Below are positions 1 through 11,856 of a stretch of DNA of 64,000 nt, piece by piece. The translations under genes were made by a program, and so were the position numbers. Each line of letters begins with the position of its first letter. The first letter of the stretch is position 1. The notes beneath the pieces were generated by a model. That model saw only the letters and a list, made by a program, of their open reading frames with translations, searched no databases and was not told the origin of the DNA. The DNA comes from an uncultured Gemmataceae bacterium (GTDB lineage Bacteria; Planctomycetota; Planctomycetia; Gemmatales; Gemmataceae), in contig CAVVPN010000003.1 of NCBI GenBank assembly GCA_963750165.1, positions 576,001 to 640,000 on the forward strand, read 5' to 3'.

Positions 1-3000
1 GTGACGATATTTTGCCCGGCGGGGTCACTGGCCAGGCTGACGTCGTCCTCCCACGAGTCGGTGTTGGTGACGCCGATCCCCTGGTTGGTGACCGTGTACG
101 TGACCGACACCGGCTGGCCCGTGGCGCTGTTGGCCTGAGCGCTGATCGACGACACGACCAGGTCGGCGTAGGGCGTGGGCGAGATGTCGGAAACGTTCAG
201 CGCTTCGGCGAAATTGTTGGTCGTCGAGCCATTCTCGAACACCGTGCCGGTCGCGTTCGTCTGGACGAAGATGTAGTACTGCCCCTCGAAGTGCGGGGGG
301 AGTGTGATCGTCTGGGACTGCGGGTACGAGCCGTTCACCGCCAGGAGGCCGGTGTGGGGGAACGTGGCCAGGGTCTGCCCGTCGGCCGGGTTGTTGTCCG
401 GGGAGGCGATGACCGCATCGACCCAACTGGCGACCGTGCCGGGGCTGGTCCCCTGGTTGGTCACCGTCCAGCCAACTGTGATCTGCGCCGGATCACCCAC
501 GATCCGCGTCGGCGCGTTCACGTTCGAGGCAGCCAGGTCGGCGTAGGGTGCCAGCGCCGCCGTCACACTCACCGGCGGGGGCGTGTTGTTGCTCGTGGCC
601 GTGCTGGTGCCGCCCGGTCCGGCGGTGTTGTACTCGAACACCTGGTTGTAATCATTCGTCGTGACCGTCACCTGAATCTGACCGGCCCCGGCCGAACCGA
701 GCGGCAGGGTGTAGTTGAACGCCCGCGCCACCGAACCGCCGACGGCGATAGGCCCGTTGCCCGCAGCAGTCGGATCATACGGGAGGTCAGCGGTGGCGAG
801 CGTCAGGCCGGTGGTCAGGTTCTTGACGACGACGTGATCCGTGAAGGCTCCCGTCACCGGTCCGGTGCCGGTGTCGGCGTCGATCCAGGTGACCGCGAGC
901 GTCCCGCCCGATTGCAAGCCGGTCGTCGGGCCCACGGTCAAGCCGGTCACCTGCAGGTCCGGGTAGGGTGGGAGCGTCGAGGTGACGTCGGTGCTGAGGG
1001 CGTTGTTGCCGTAGGCGGCATTGCCGCTGGCGTCGTACTCCTTCACCGTGTGGTAGGTGTCAGTGGTCACGGTGATGCGAATGTCACCGGCGCCAGCGCT
1101 CCCGGTCGGGAGTGTGAAGGCGTTCATCTGGGCGCTCGTCCCGCCGACCGCGAGGGCCGCGTTCACGGCCACCACATCGGAGAACAGGGGGGTGAGGCTG
1201 TCGTCGGCGTTCACCTTCTGCGCGGTCACGCTGTCGTAGAGGATCCCGCTGGTGGGTGCGTCGCCCACGTTTTCGTCGGTCCAGGCGACGGTGACCCGCC
1301 CGCCCGCCTGCGGAGCGGGCGGGGTCACACTCAGCGACCCGCCCAGGACCGTCAGGTCGGCGTAGTTGGCGAGGGTCGAAGTCAATGATGTCGAGGTGGT
1401 GTTGTCGGTGAGAACGTTCGTGGTCGGGCTGTACTCGCCGAGCGAGTTGGTCGAGTTGACCGTGACGGTAACCTGGAAGGTGCCGGTCCCGGCCGCGCCG
1501 TCCGGCAGGATGAAGGTGGCCGACTTTTGCATTTGCGCCGGGCTGGAGGGTAGCGCCGCCGAACGGTACGGAGACGGTGGCGACCGTGGCGTTCGTGGCG
1601 ATGTTCACGACCGAGAGGGCATCGTACCACGAGCCGCTGGCGGCCAGGGCCCCCGAATTGGTGTCGGTCCAGTTCACAGTGACCTGATTGCCCGACTGCG
1701 CTTGCACGGGGGAAGCGATCGTCAGGTTGCTGACCGCCAGGTCGCGGATGACGTCAAGGGTGACCGAACTGGTGTCGTTCTGAACCGCGCTGGTGTGGCC
1801 GGACGGGTTGTACTCGTAAACGGACTGGTCTGAGTTGGTGGTGACACTCACCTGGTAGCGGCCTGCACCGTTGACCGTGTAACTGCCGGTGGCCGGCAGC
1901 GTGTGGGCGGCGCTGCCACCGACCCCCAGCGGGCCGGAGAAGCTCAGGACCGTATCGACATCCGTGACCCCGGTGGTCAGGTTCTGGATGACCAGGTGCT
2001 CCTTCCAGCCCGAGGGCAGATTACCCGTGCCGTTGTTGACCGTGCTCCAGGAGACGGTGAAGGTGCCGTCCGAGTTTACCCCACTGACCGCGAGGTTCTG
2101 CACCACCAGGTCCACGTACGTGGCCGGGTTGACCGTGAGCGCCACGGTGGCCGGCTGGCTCACCAGGCCGCTGGCGGTATCGGTAACCGTGTACTGGAAC
2201 GAATCGGCGCCGGTGTAGCCGCCGGTTGGGGTGTACGTCAGGTTCGGCCCGTCTCCGCTGAGCTGGCCGCTGGTGGGTGGGCTGGTGACGGTGTACGAGA
2301 GCGGGTCGCCGTTCGGGGCAGTCCCGGAGAGGGTGAGCGCCTGGGGCGTGTTCTCGTTCACCGACACCGATTGGCCGGCAGCCGTCGGCGGCGGGACGAC
2401 GGTGATCGACACCGTGCCGGTGCCGCTGACGTATCCCGTGTCGGCGTCGGTGACCGTGTACTGGAACAAATCCGGGCCGGTGTACCCGTTCGTTGGGGTG
2501 TACGTCAGGTACGGTGCGGTCCCGGAGAGCTGGCCGTGCGTGGGCTGACCAGTGACGGTGTAGGTCAGCGGGTCGCCGCTCGGATCGGACGCGCTCAGGG
2601 TGATCGTGTGGCTTGCGTTTTCACCGGCCACGGCGGAGAGGTCCGAGGGAACCGGGGGTGCGACAACCATGAACGTTCCCGAACTCAAGCCGCTGGTGGC
2701 ACTGCCGAGGAACTCAGGCCCCGGCGTGTAGGTCGCCACCACTGAGTAGGTGCCGATGGCCGCGCTGCCCGGGAGAGTGAAGGCGGCGCTGGCACTGCCG
2801 GCGGCGACCGTGCCGCTCGTGACCGGCGAACCGACCGGGTCGTTGCCAAGATCGTACACCTGGAACGTGACGGTCCCCTCGTTGACGGGGAACGTGTTGT
2901 CGCGGTTGGTGACGGTGGCGGTGAGGGTGATCGACTGAGCGCTCGCGCCGGTCGTGAGCCGGTTCGGGACGACTGCGGAGACGGTCGCCGCCGTGTCGAG

Positions 3001-6000
3001 CGGCGCGATGGCGACCTGGGACGAGGACTTCGTGAGGGTCCCGCTGGTGGCGACGAGTTGGTAGGTGCCGGCCTGCGCGACCGACAGGGTGGTGAACGTG
3101 GTGGTGCCGCCGCTGGCGGTCTGGGTCGTGGTTCCAGTCAACGCGGAGGGGTTGGACGATAGCGCCAGCGTCACTTGCCCTCCGTAGGTGGTCTCCAGGT
3201 TGCCGACGCGGTCCTCGGCGAGCACGGTGACCGTGCCCAGGTTGTCGCCGACATGCGCGCTGGCCGCCGGCTGGGTGAGGAACACGAGCTTGGCCGGCAC
3301 GTCCGGGGTGATGGTGAACAGCGGTGCGGAGGCGACCGCGCCGAGGCTCGGGCTGGACGCCGAGAGCTGATAGCCCGTGGCCGCCGTGTCGATGATCAGG
3401 TTGCTGAACGTGGCGATGCCGCCGGAGACGGTGGCCGACACGGTGCTGGCCGGGTCGAACCCGTTCTGGTTGAGCGTCAGGGTGATGACGTCGGTGTTGT
3501 CGGACGTGATCGGGTTACCGGCCCCGTCGAGCACTTCCACCTGGACGGGGTTCGTTGGGTTCAGTTCCTGGCCGGCCGTGCCGCTGGTCGGTTCGGTGAG
3601 GAACTTGAGCCGGGCCGTGTTGACCACCAGGTTCAGGTTGGTGCTGTTGAACTGCTCCCCGAGCACGTTGCCACCGCCCAGGTAGAACCCCGTCCGGGTG
3701 GCGAAGTCGCCACCCTCGGAGGCATACGTGAGCACCTGGTACTGGTCGCCGGACTGCGGGGTGAACCCGTTCACCTCGGTCACGTTGACCGTCCCGCCGA
3801 GGTCCGCCGCGCCGCCGACCGCGAGCTGGTCGTAGTCCGTGCCCGGCGTGTTGCGGCCGCCGACCTTCACGTTGAAGCTGCCCGCGGCGGTCTGGGTGTA
3901 CGAGCCGTTGATGGTGATCCGGCCGGGGGTAGTGCCTGTGCCGGGGCTGACGACGCCGGCGTTGGAGACGTTGGCGTTGATACTGCCCGAGCCGGTGAGT
4001 GTCCCTCCGAGAATGGCCACCGGGGCGCCGGCCGCGAGGACGCCGCCGCTGAGCGTCGTGCTCCCCGATGTTTGCACGTAGGCGCCGAGCGGCGTCCCCT
4101 GGATTTGAACCGCGTCGATTTCCTCCCAGCCGCTGAGGTTATGGTTGGTGTTCACGTAGATCTTGACGCCGTTGACAGGGTAAGAGGTCGTCGTCCAGGT
4201 GGGTGAGAAGACGACAGGGCTGCCCGGCTGACTGGGGTCGGTTCCTGTCCAGACGGTGTGCAGCCCGCCGTTGAGGTCCTCGACGTCCACTTGCGTGACG
4301 AAGCCGTTGCCGTCGGTTTCCCAGATATTGACGCCGTTGCTGTAAACGGGCGTGTTGAATCCGAGCGTCAGGTACTCCTGGGTACCGTTTTCCGACGAAG
4401 GCGACCACGCCGTGGAGTAATCGCCGTAGGAGGGAGTATTCGGTGCTCCAAGCGCCTGGGCGGCCGACCAGTTTGTGGTGCTGTACTGGGAGCTGAACCC
4501 GAGTACGCTGCTGGCGTAGAGGGTGCCGGCGGGAACCGTCAGAGTGCTTCCCGTATTGACCGTAACCTGCCCCTCGTTGGTGAGCGGGCCGGCCGTGGTC
4601 AGGTTGTATCCATTCCGGATGGTGAAGCTGCCCGTCGTCGTGATCGCGTCAAAGTTCGCCAGCGCGTTGGCGCCGTTCTGATCGACGATGGCCGCGGAAG
4701 AGCCGTCGAGGATGAGGTTCGCCGCATCCGTCTGGATGTTCGCGCTGGTGAACTGGAGCGTGCCCTTGATGAGGTAGGTGCCGCCAGTGAGCGTCGTTCC
4801 GGAGAAGTTGGTAAACGTCCCCGTCAGGTCGAGAGTTCCCGTTTCGACGTCAACCGTGCCGGCGTTGTTAAGGGCGGTGTAAACGGTGGTGGTGTTGGTG
4901 GCGTCGTCCGTGAGGGTGCCCTGGTTGACGAACGTGCTGTTGCCCTGGCTGTCCTGCCAGTACAGTTGGGCGACCCCCTGGGCGTCGAGGGTGGCCCCTT
5001 GCGCGTTGGTGAAGGTGCTGGCGTTCTCCTGGTAGAACTCATTGTAGATGTAGTAGTACGCGGTGCTGCCGGTCCACACCCCGGCTCCGGCGTTGGTGAA
5101 CGACCGCCCGCTCAGGTACTCGTAGTGGTAGTTCCCGTTCGACGCCCCGAGCTGCAGCCCGCCCTGGGCCACCGTCGATCCCGTGCCCGACATCGTGCCC
5201 CCCGTCCACACCGTCTGACCGGTCACCGTCACCGCGTCCGAGCCCGTCAGCGTCCCTCCCGTCATGGTCAGGGCGCCGAGGGTGATCGACGACCCGGTGC
5301 TGAAGTTGAGCGTGCCGTTGCTGATCGCCACGGCCCCGACGGCCTGGACGGTGACGCCGGCGCCGAAGTCGGCGGCCCCGTTGACGGCGGTGGCGTTGGT
5401 GATGTCGTAGGTCGTCCCGCTGGCGAACGTGGTGGCGCGCCCCGAACTCGGCGGTGCCCGCCCCGGACACCGCGGCCCCGCCGTTGAGCGCGAAGGTCCC
5501 ACCGTCGAAGCCCAGCGTGGCGCCGGCGGCGACGGTGAAGTTCCCGGTGTCGGTGCTGCCGCCCTGCAGGCTCAGGGTGCCGGCGTTCACCTGGACGGCG
5601 CCGGAGCTGTTGAGGGCAGTGTAAACGGTGGTGGTGTTGGTGTTGTCGTCCGTGAGGGTGCCCTGGTTGACGAACGTGCTGTTGCCCTGGCTGTTCTGCC
5701 AGTACAGCTGGGCGATCCCCTGGGCGTCGAGGGTGGCCCCGGGGGCGTTGGTGAAGGTGCTGGCGTTCTCCTGGTAGAACTCATTGTAGATGTAGTAGTA
5801 CGCGGTGCTGCTGGTCCACACCCCGGCCCCGGCGTTGGTGAAGGCGCTGGCTCAGGTACTCGTAGTGGTAGTTCCCGTCCGACGCCCCGAGCTGCAGCCT
5901 GCCCTGGACCACCGTCGAACCCGAGCCACTCATCGTCCCACCTGTCCAGGTGGTCTGGCTGGTGACCGTCACCGCGTCCGAACCCGTCAGCGTCCCCCCC

Positions 6001-8352
6001 GTCATGGTCAGGGCGCCGAGGGTGATCGACGACCCGGTGCTGAAGTTGAGGGTGGATCCGTCGAGGAGCGTGGTGCCTCCGAAGTTGTCGGCGGCCCCGG
6101 TGCTGAAGTTGGCGGCGCCGGCCCCGAACTCGGCGGTCCCGGACCCGGTGAACGAGGCCCCGCCGTTGAACGCGAAGGTCCCGCCGTCGAAGCCCAGCGT
6201 GGCGCCGGCGGCGACGGTGAAGCTCCCGGTGTCGGTGCTGCCGCCCTGCAGGCTCAGGGTGCCGGCGTTCACCTGGACCGTGCCGGCGTTGTTCAGTGGG
6301 ATGTCAATGTTGGTGGTGTTGGTGTTGTCGTTCTCAAGGGTGCCCTGGTTGACGAACGTGCTGTTGCCCTGGCTGTTCTGCCAGTACAGCTGGGCGATCC
6401 CCTGGGCGTCGAGGGTGGCCCCGGGGGCGTTGGTGAAGGTGCTGGCGTTCTCCTGGTAGAACTCATTGTAGATGTAGTAGTACGCGGTGCTGCTGGTCCA
6501 CACCCCGGCCCCGGCGTTGGTGAAGGTGCGCTGGCTCAGGTACTCGTAGTGGTAGCTCCCGTCCGACGCCCCGAGCTGCAGCCTGCCCTGGGCCACCGTC
6601 GAACCCGTCCCCGACATCGTCCCGCCCGTCCAGGTCAGTTGCCCGGTCACGGTGAGCGTCCCGGCGCCGGTCAGCGTCCCGCTCATCTGCGTCAGGTTGC
6701 CGAGGGCGACGGCGGCGTTCACGCCGAGGGTGCCGCCGTCGAGGAGCGCGGCGCCCGCGCCGGTCACCGCGGCGCCGACGTTGAGGTTGGTAGTGCCGTT
6801 GTCGAACCCGAGGGTGGCCCCGGCGGCGATGGCGAAACTCCCGGTGGCGGTACCGCCGCTCTGGAGCGAGAGCGTGCCAGCGTTCACCTGGACGGCGCCG
6901 GCATTGTTGAGGGCGGCGTAGAAATAGATGGTGTTGGTGGCGTCATCCTTGAGGGTGCCCTGGTTGGCGAAGGTGCTGTTGTTCTGGTCGTCGTACCAGT
7001 ACAGGGGAGCGACGCCCTGGGCGTCCAGGGTGGCCCCTGGCGCATTGGTGAAGGTGCTCCCGCTCTCCTGGTGGAACTGGTTGTAGATGTAGTTGTACGC
7101 GGTGCTGCTGGTCCACACCCCGGCCCCGGCGTTGGTGAAGGTGCGCTGGCTCAGGTACTCGTAGTGGTAGGTGTTGTCCGCCGCCCCGAGCTGCAGCCCG
7201 CCGTCGGCCACCGTCGCGCCCGTGCCCGACATCGTGCCCCCCGTCCAGATCAGTTGCCCGGTCACGATGAGCGTCCCGGCACCGGCCAGCATCCCGCTCG
7301 TTTGGGTCAGGTTGCCGAGGGCGACGGCAGCGTTCACGTTGAGGATGCCGCCATCGAGGAGGACGGTCCCGGTGAGCGCGGCGCCAGCGTTGAGGTCGGT
7401 GGTGCCGCTGTCGAACCCGAGAGTAGCTCCGGCGGCGATGGCGAAGTTCCCGGTGTCAGTGCCGCCGCCCTGGAGCGACAGGGTGCCGGCGTTCGCCTGG
7501 ACGGCGCCGGCGTTGTCCAGTGGGGTGTAAATGTAGGTGGTGTTGGTGGCGTCGTCCTTGAGCGTGCCCTGGTTGGCGAACGTGCTGTTGCCCTGGCTGT
7601 CCTGCCAGTACAGCGAGGCGAGGCCCTGGGCGTCCAGGGTGGCCCCCGGGGCGTTGGTGAAGGTGCTGGCGTCCTGCTGGTAGAACTCGTTGTAGATGTA
7701 GTTGAAGGCGGTGCTGCCGGTCCACACCCCGGCCCCGGCGTTGGTGAACGCGGCGCTGGCTCAGGTACTCGTAGTGGTAGGTGTTGTCCGCCGCCCCGAG
7801 CTGCAGCCCGCCCTGGGCCACCGTCGAACCCGTCCCCGACATCGTCCCACCCGTCCAGGTGGTATTGCCGGTGACGGTGACCGTTCCCGAACCGGTCAGC
7901 GTCCCGCTTGAAAAAGTCAAACTCCCTGCTGAAACGGCTGCGTCGGCCGTCAGCGTCCCACCGGTGATCGTCAAACTACTCAGGGACGAGTTCGAGGCGA
8001 GTGAGATGGACCCGGCGGAGAGAGACAGGACAGCCTGGCTCGTGATGCTGTGAACCGAGTCCGCGGCCGATGTAGCGTGCGTGACCGTGATACCGGACGT
8101 GTTGATGACGACATCGTCGGGCGCCCCGGGCACATAGTGCTGCCCCTGGGAGTCCTGCCAGTTGCTGGCTGTGTCCCAGTCGCCTCCCTGGGGATTGATC
8201 CAGGTGAGCGTGGCCGGCGCCAGGCGATCCTCCAGCCGCTCCAGGGCCAGCGGTGTCCGCGACCGAATGGACGGCTTTCGAGAGCGGCGACGCCCGGTGA
8301 GGGCAGTCGAGTTGGAACGCAGCCATTGCTTCCAGGAGAACTTGGACCCCAT
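1..8352 (-). CDS. Giant secreted/surface protein with Tyr-rich beta-helix repeats, a discoidin-like insert, Ig-like/cadherin-like and CARDB-like domains; runs off the left edge; apparent frameshifts at ~7750, ~5845, ~5435, ~1530
   Basis: Starts MGSKFSWKQWLR...PLALERLEDRLAPATLTW (planctomycete extracellular-protein N-terminal motif). ORFs 7456-8352, 5781-7727, 5039-5821 and 1084-5502 join through homologous repeats. CARDB-like 'YADLTV', 'YPDLQV' and 'VTVAWTDEN' motifs continue to base 1. Confidence 0.85.
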
Positions 8353-8825
8353 GGCGATATTTCCTCGTTTGAGAGATCACGCGGAATCCCGGGTGCGGCC
8401 TGGGGACAGCGAGGTACTCGGGGAGGAGTCACCACGTTCAGGATGTACCACGAGCCCGCAAGGGAGGACAGAGGCACCACGATCACATGCTAATGTTCCT
8501 GCCGTCGGCTCTCCGGTCGTCTCGAAAACCGGCTGTCCGATTCAGGTCAACCCCGTCGCATCAGGAAGTTCCACAAGCTTGAGCGCGAGGCCATCTCCCC
8601 TGCAGGAGGGAGGAGATAGGAATTAAGTTCTCAGCGGAAAAGGAACGAGAGTGTAAGGACTGCAAAGAAGGGAGGGCGAAGAGGCGCTCCGTGAGCGATC
8701 CCAGCGTTCTCCGTTAAACTTTGCTGGTCCGTGGGCCTTGGGTTAGGTTAAGTAAGAAGGAATTTAGAACCTCGCACCAACCGTGTCAAGGATAATCCCT
8801 AACACATTTTGCTTTTTTCTGACGG

Positions 8826-9470
8826 TCATGGCTTGTGGGGCGAGTGATTTTCGCAGCGGTATCCGCCTGGGGAAGCGGACACCAAGAGGTTTTTCGAGCT
8901 AGTCGTCGTGGTAACGATGCTGGTTGATCCGCTCCGCCGAGCTCTGCTAACCCGCGCTGTCGTTGGGTGCCGCGGCCGGAAGTTGTGCGGCAGCGCCCAC
9001 CCCCGGCAGTGCAGCGCGCAGGGCGCGACACTGCCGTGCAGGTGTTGCACGACCTCGAAGTACCGGCTCATGGCCCGCATCAGCTGGCCCAACATGGTGC
9101 CGGTCCGGTGACCGCCCGGGTGCTGATACGCCGCGCCGTACTCCCGCGCCTGGCCGCACAATTGCTCGACCTGCTCCAGCAACCAGGCGGTCAGGGGTCG
9201 GTCTCGCGCCCACTCCTCCGACCGGCGTTGCCGTTGCGCGAAATTCGGGCGATCCGGGGTGCGGAACGCCTCCCAGACCTTTCGGGACAAGTCCGCGAAC
9301 GCTGCGCTGAGTTTGCCGCGGCTCCGGAGGTTGAGCCAGCCGCGCTGGAAGCAGCGCAACAAGACCACCAGCGGGTACAAGGCCCGCCACGCCTGGTGGG
9401 TGGCCGCCCAGCCATCGACGCTCACCGTCCGAAATTGGTAGTCGGGCTGCATGTCCGAGCCACCGCTTGG
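8826..9470 (-). pseudogene. Degenerate transposase remnant
   Basis: Translation has 'TVSVDGWAATHQAW', 'GHRTGTMLGQLMR' and 'QHLHG...WAL.HNFRP', resembling planctomycete DDE transposases; N-terminus is absent and the frame is broken. Confidence 0.6.
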
Positions 9471-9846
9471 AAGGCCGCGTAGGCGGTTTGCAGATCCTCG
9501 GCGCCAGCCGTCGGGGCCAGGGCCGCCCCCAGGCAGCAGCCCGCGCCGACCGTGGTGGCGTGGGACGCCATCCTATCAGACAGGCAACAAAGTATGACAA
9601 TTTGAAGGGGTGTTTTTGCTTTGACGTACCGGCCCCCTCTCATGAAACCTGCTCCGGTCCGCCCCACCGATGCGAGTTTGGTCATGAAGCAAACTGCGTC
9701 GGACATATCGCCCGACGCAACGAAGGTGCAACGCAAGTGACTGGCGCCCAGCAGACGCCGTGCCGGAAACCCATGGCGCCCAAATGCGGTCAGAAATGCC
9801 GGGCAGGAAAAAGCAGGAAACTCCGTGGAAACTGTGCGATCGGGAC

Positions 9847-9874
9847 TTGCGCCAGGGCCGAGTTCCTGTATAAT
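9847..9874 (+). promoter_or_regulatory. Possible sigma70 promoter (TTGCGC-N16-TATAAT)
   Basis: Perfect -10 TATAAT at 9869-9874 in GC-rich DNA; weak -35 and short spacer. Confidence 0.35.
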
Positions 9875-9936
9875 ATGGAAGTGTGTGATTTGTAAGCCGT
9901 GAAATGGCTTGCTCTTGCGATTTCCAGTCCTGCTAC

Positions 9937-9986
9937 CGCTTGAATGGGGTTCAGGAGGTCGGAGGGTCGAATCCTCTCGGCCCGAC
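9937..9986 (+). tRNA. tRNA-Pro(GGG) 3' fragment (pseudo-tRNA, likely att site)
   Basis: Anticodon arm CTTGA-ATGGGGT-TCAGG, variable loop AGGTC, T arm GGAGG-GTCGAAT-CCTCT and acceptor 3' strand CGGCCCGA. No 5' acceptor strand or D arm upstream; T loop mutated. Confidence 0.8.
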
Positions 9987-10133
9987 TTCGGAAGATCTGT
10001 TGTAGCAATAAGTTACGACAGCTCTTTTTACCCCGCCTTGGACAAATGCAAGAAACGCAAAAGGCCCCCACCGGCAGGGGCCAAAGAGCAAGCCTCTCGG
10101 CTTACCCCTGTTCTCAAACGGGAGATTTGCTCC

Positions 10134-10320
10134 TGCGTCCCTACAAACCCTGGTTCCGCGCCGCCTCGCAAGCGCAAGTCTGGTTGGAACGCTTCGCCGG
10201 AAATCACACGGCTGATGGCCGGCAACCCCGCCCATGTCTCCAGTACCGACGGAGTCCTGGTCGCCCAGGTGTGTGACCTGTTCCTCGACTTCTCCCAAAA
10301 GCACCACACCCCCACCCCCC
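10134..10320 (+). pseudogene. N-terminal relic of a tyrosine integrase
   Basis: Broken frames read LRPYKPWFR...RLMA...DGVLVAQVCDLFLDFSQKHH, resembling the N-terminus of planctomycete tRNA-linked integrases as I recall them; lies just downstream of the tRNA fragment. Confidence 0.6.
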
Positions 10321-10349
10321 CGGGTGCGAGTTGAGAGGAGAGCCCACGA

Positions 10350-10601
10350 ATGGCGGATGAGGTAACACTCCTCGTCAATGGCCAGCTCGTCACGGTGGCA
10401 GCCGACACCACCGTCGCGGCGGTGCTGCTGACCGCCGGCATCACCACGTTCCGCCGCTCCGTCGCCGGCTCGCCGCGCGGCCCGCTGTGCGGCATGGGCG
10501 TCTGCTTCGAGTGCCGCGTCACCATCGACGGCGTGCCGCACCGCCTCGCCTGCCAGACATCATGCGCCGCCGGTATGGAGGTTCGCACCGATGGGCCGTG
10601 A
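10350..10601 (+). CDS. 2Fe-2S small subunit (HcnA / D-hydroxyproline dehydrogenase gamma-like)
   Basis: RGPLCGMGVCFECRVTIDG...LACQT motif. Confidence 0.9.
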   Translation: MADEVTLLVNGQLVTVAADTTVAAVLLTAGITTFRRSVAGSPRGPLCGMGVCFECRVTIDGVPHRLACQTSCAAGMEVRTDGP

Positions 10602-11841
10602 CCGCGCCTGTGACGTGCTCGTGGTCGGCGGCGGGCCGGCCGGGTTGGCCGCCGGCGCCGCTGCGGTTGCCTCGGGCCGGCGCGTCGTCCTGGCCGATGA
10701 CAACCCGACCTGGGGCGGCCAGATCTGGCGCGGCGAAGCGAACAAGCCTTCCGACCGCACGGCGCAGCGCTGGTTCGCGCAGGCCGCGGCCAGCGTCCAC
10801 CTCCTGCCTGGCCTGCGCGTGTTCGCCCAACCCGCACCGCATACCCTCTGGGCCGAGTCCGCCCAGGGCCGCGTCACGCTCACCTACGAGCGCTTGATCC
10901 TGGCCTGCGGCGCCCGCGAGCGCTTCCTGCCGTTCCCGGGCTGGACGCTGCCGGGCGTCTGCGGCGCGGGCGGCTTGCAGGCACTCGTCAAGACGGGCCT
11001 GCCGGTCGCCAGCAAGCGCGTGGTCGTGGCCGGTAGCGGCCCGCTGCTGCTGGCGGTCGCGGCCTACCTGCGGCACCAGGGAGCGCAAATCCCGCTGATC
11101 GCGGAGCAGGCGGCCTGGGGCCGGCTGCTGCGCTTCGGTCTCGGCCTGTCCGCCCACCCCGGCAAACTGGCCCAGGCGCTTGGCCTGCGCTGGCGGCTGC
11201 GCGGCGTGGCGTACCGCACCGGCTGCTGGCCCGTGGCCGCGCACGGTGATGAGCGGCTGGCTTCCGTCACGCTGACCGACGGCCGGAAATCCTGGGACGA
11301 GCCCTGCGATTACCTGGCGTGCGGCTTTGGTCTGGTGCCGAACGTCGAGCTACCGGCGCTGCTCGGTTGCGGCCTCCGCGGCGGCGCCGTGCAGGTCGAT
11401 GACTGGCAACGCACCACCATCCCCGGCGTCTTCTGTGCCGGCGAGGCGGTCGGCATCGGCGGCCTGGACGCGGCGCTGGTCGAGGGCGCCATCGCTGGCC
11501 ACGCCGCCGCCGGCAACCGCGCCGCGGCGCGGCGGCTGTTCGGCCGACGGCGGCGGGCGCGGCGCTTCGCCCGCGCCCTGGACGCCGCCTTCGCGCTGCG
11601 GTCGGAACTGCGGGCGCTGCCGCAGCCGGACACCATCGTTTGCCGCTGCGAGGATGTGGCCTGGGGCCGGCTGGCGCCTTATGACAGCTGGCGGGCGGCC
11701 AAGTTGCAGACACGCTGCGGCATGGGGCCGTGTCAGGGACGGATCTGCGGCCCGGCCCTGGCGTTCCTGCGCGGCGTCGAGCCCGAGTCGCTGCGGCCGC
11801 CGGCCCTGCCCGCGCGCGTGGACAGTCTGTTAATCGAATAA
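10591..11841 (+). CDS. FAD/NAD-dependent oxidoreductase with C-terminal BFD-like 2Fe-2S domain (HcnB / hydroxyproline dehydrogenase alpha-like)
   Basis: VVGGGPAG, GARERFLPFPGWTLPGV, VCRCEDV and RCGMGPCQGRICG motifs. Confidence 0.9.
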   Translation: MGRDRACDVLVVGGGPAGLAAGAAAVASGRRVVLADDNPTWGGQIWRGEANKPSDRTAQRWFAQAAASVHLLPGLRVFAQPAPHTLWAESAQGRVTLTYERLILACGARERFLPFPGWTLPGVCGAGGLQALVKTGLPVASKRVVVAGSGPLLLAVAAYLRHQGAQIPLIAEQAAWGRLLRFGLGLSAHPGKLAQALGLRWRLRGVAYRTGCWPVAAHGDERLASVTLTDGRKSWDEPCDYLACGFGLVPNVELPALLGCGLRGGAVQVDDWQRTTIPGVFCAGEAVGIGGLDAALVEGAIAGHAAAGNRAAARRLFGRRRRARRFARALDAAFALRSELRALPQPDTIVCRCEDVAWGRLAPYDSWRAAKLQTRCGMGPCQGRICGPALAFLRGVEPESLRPPALPARVDSLLIE

Positions 11842-11856
11842 CCGGAGTGCGTAACG

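Noticed and set aside
12..7874. Long plus-strand ORFs (12-1388, 4258-5487, 5805-7874)
   Set aside because: Shadows of the minus-strand giant gene.
8360..8800. Riboswitch upstream of the left giant gene
   Set aside because: I could not recognise c-di-GMP or other aptamer consensus motifs by eye; an Rfam scan would settle it.
9900..9990. Functional tRNA-Pro
   Set aside because: The 5' acceptor strand and D arm are absent and the T loop is mutated.
10350..11841. Hydrogen cyanide synthase hcnAB
   Set aside because: Same fold families, but the adjacent DHDPS-like deaminase favours hydroxyproline catabolism and no hcnC-like gene is present.
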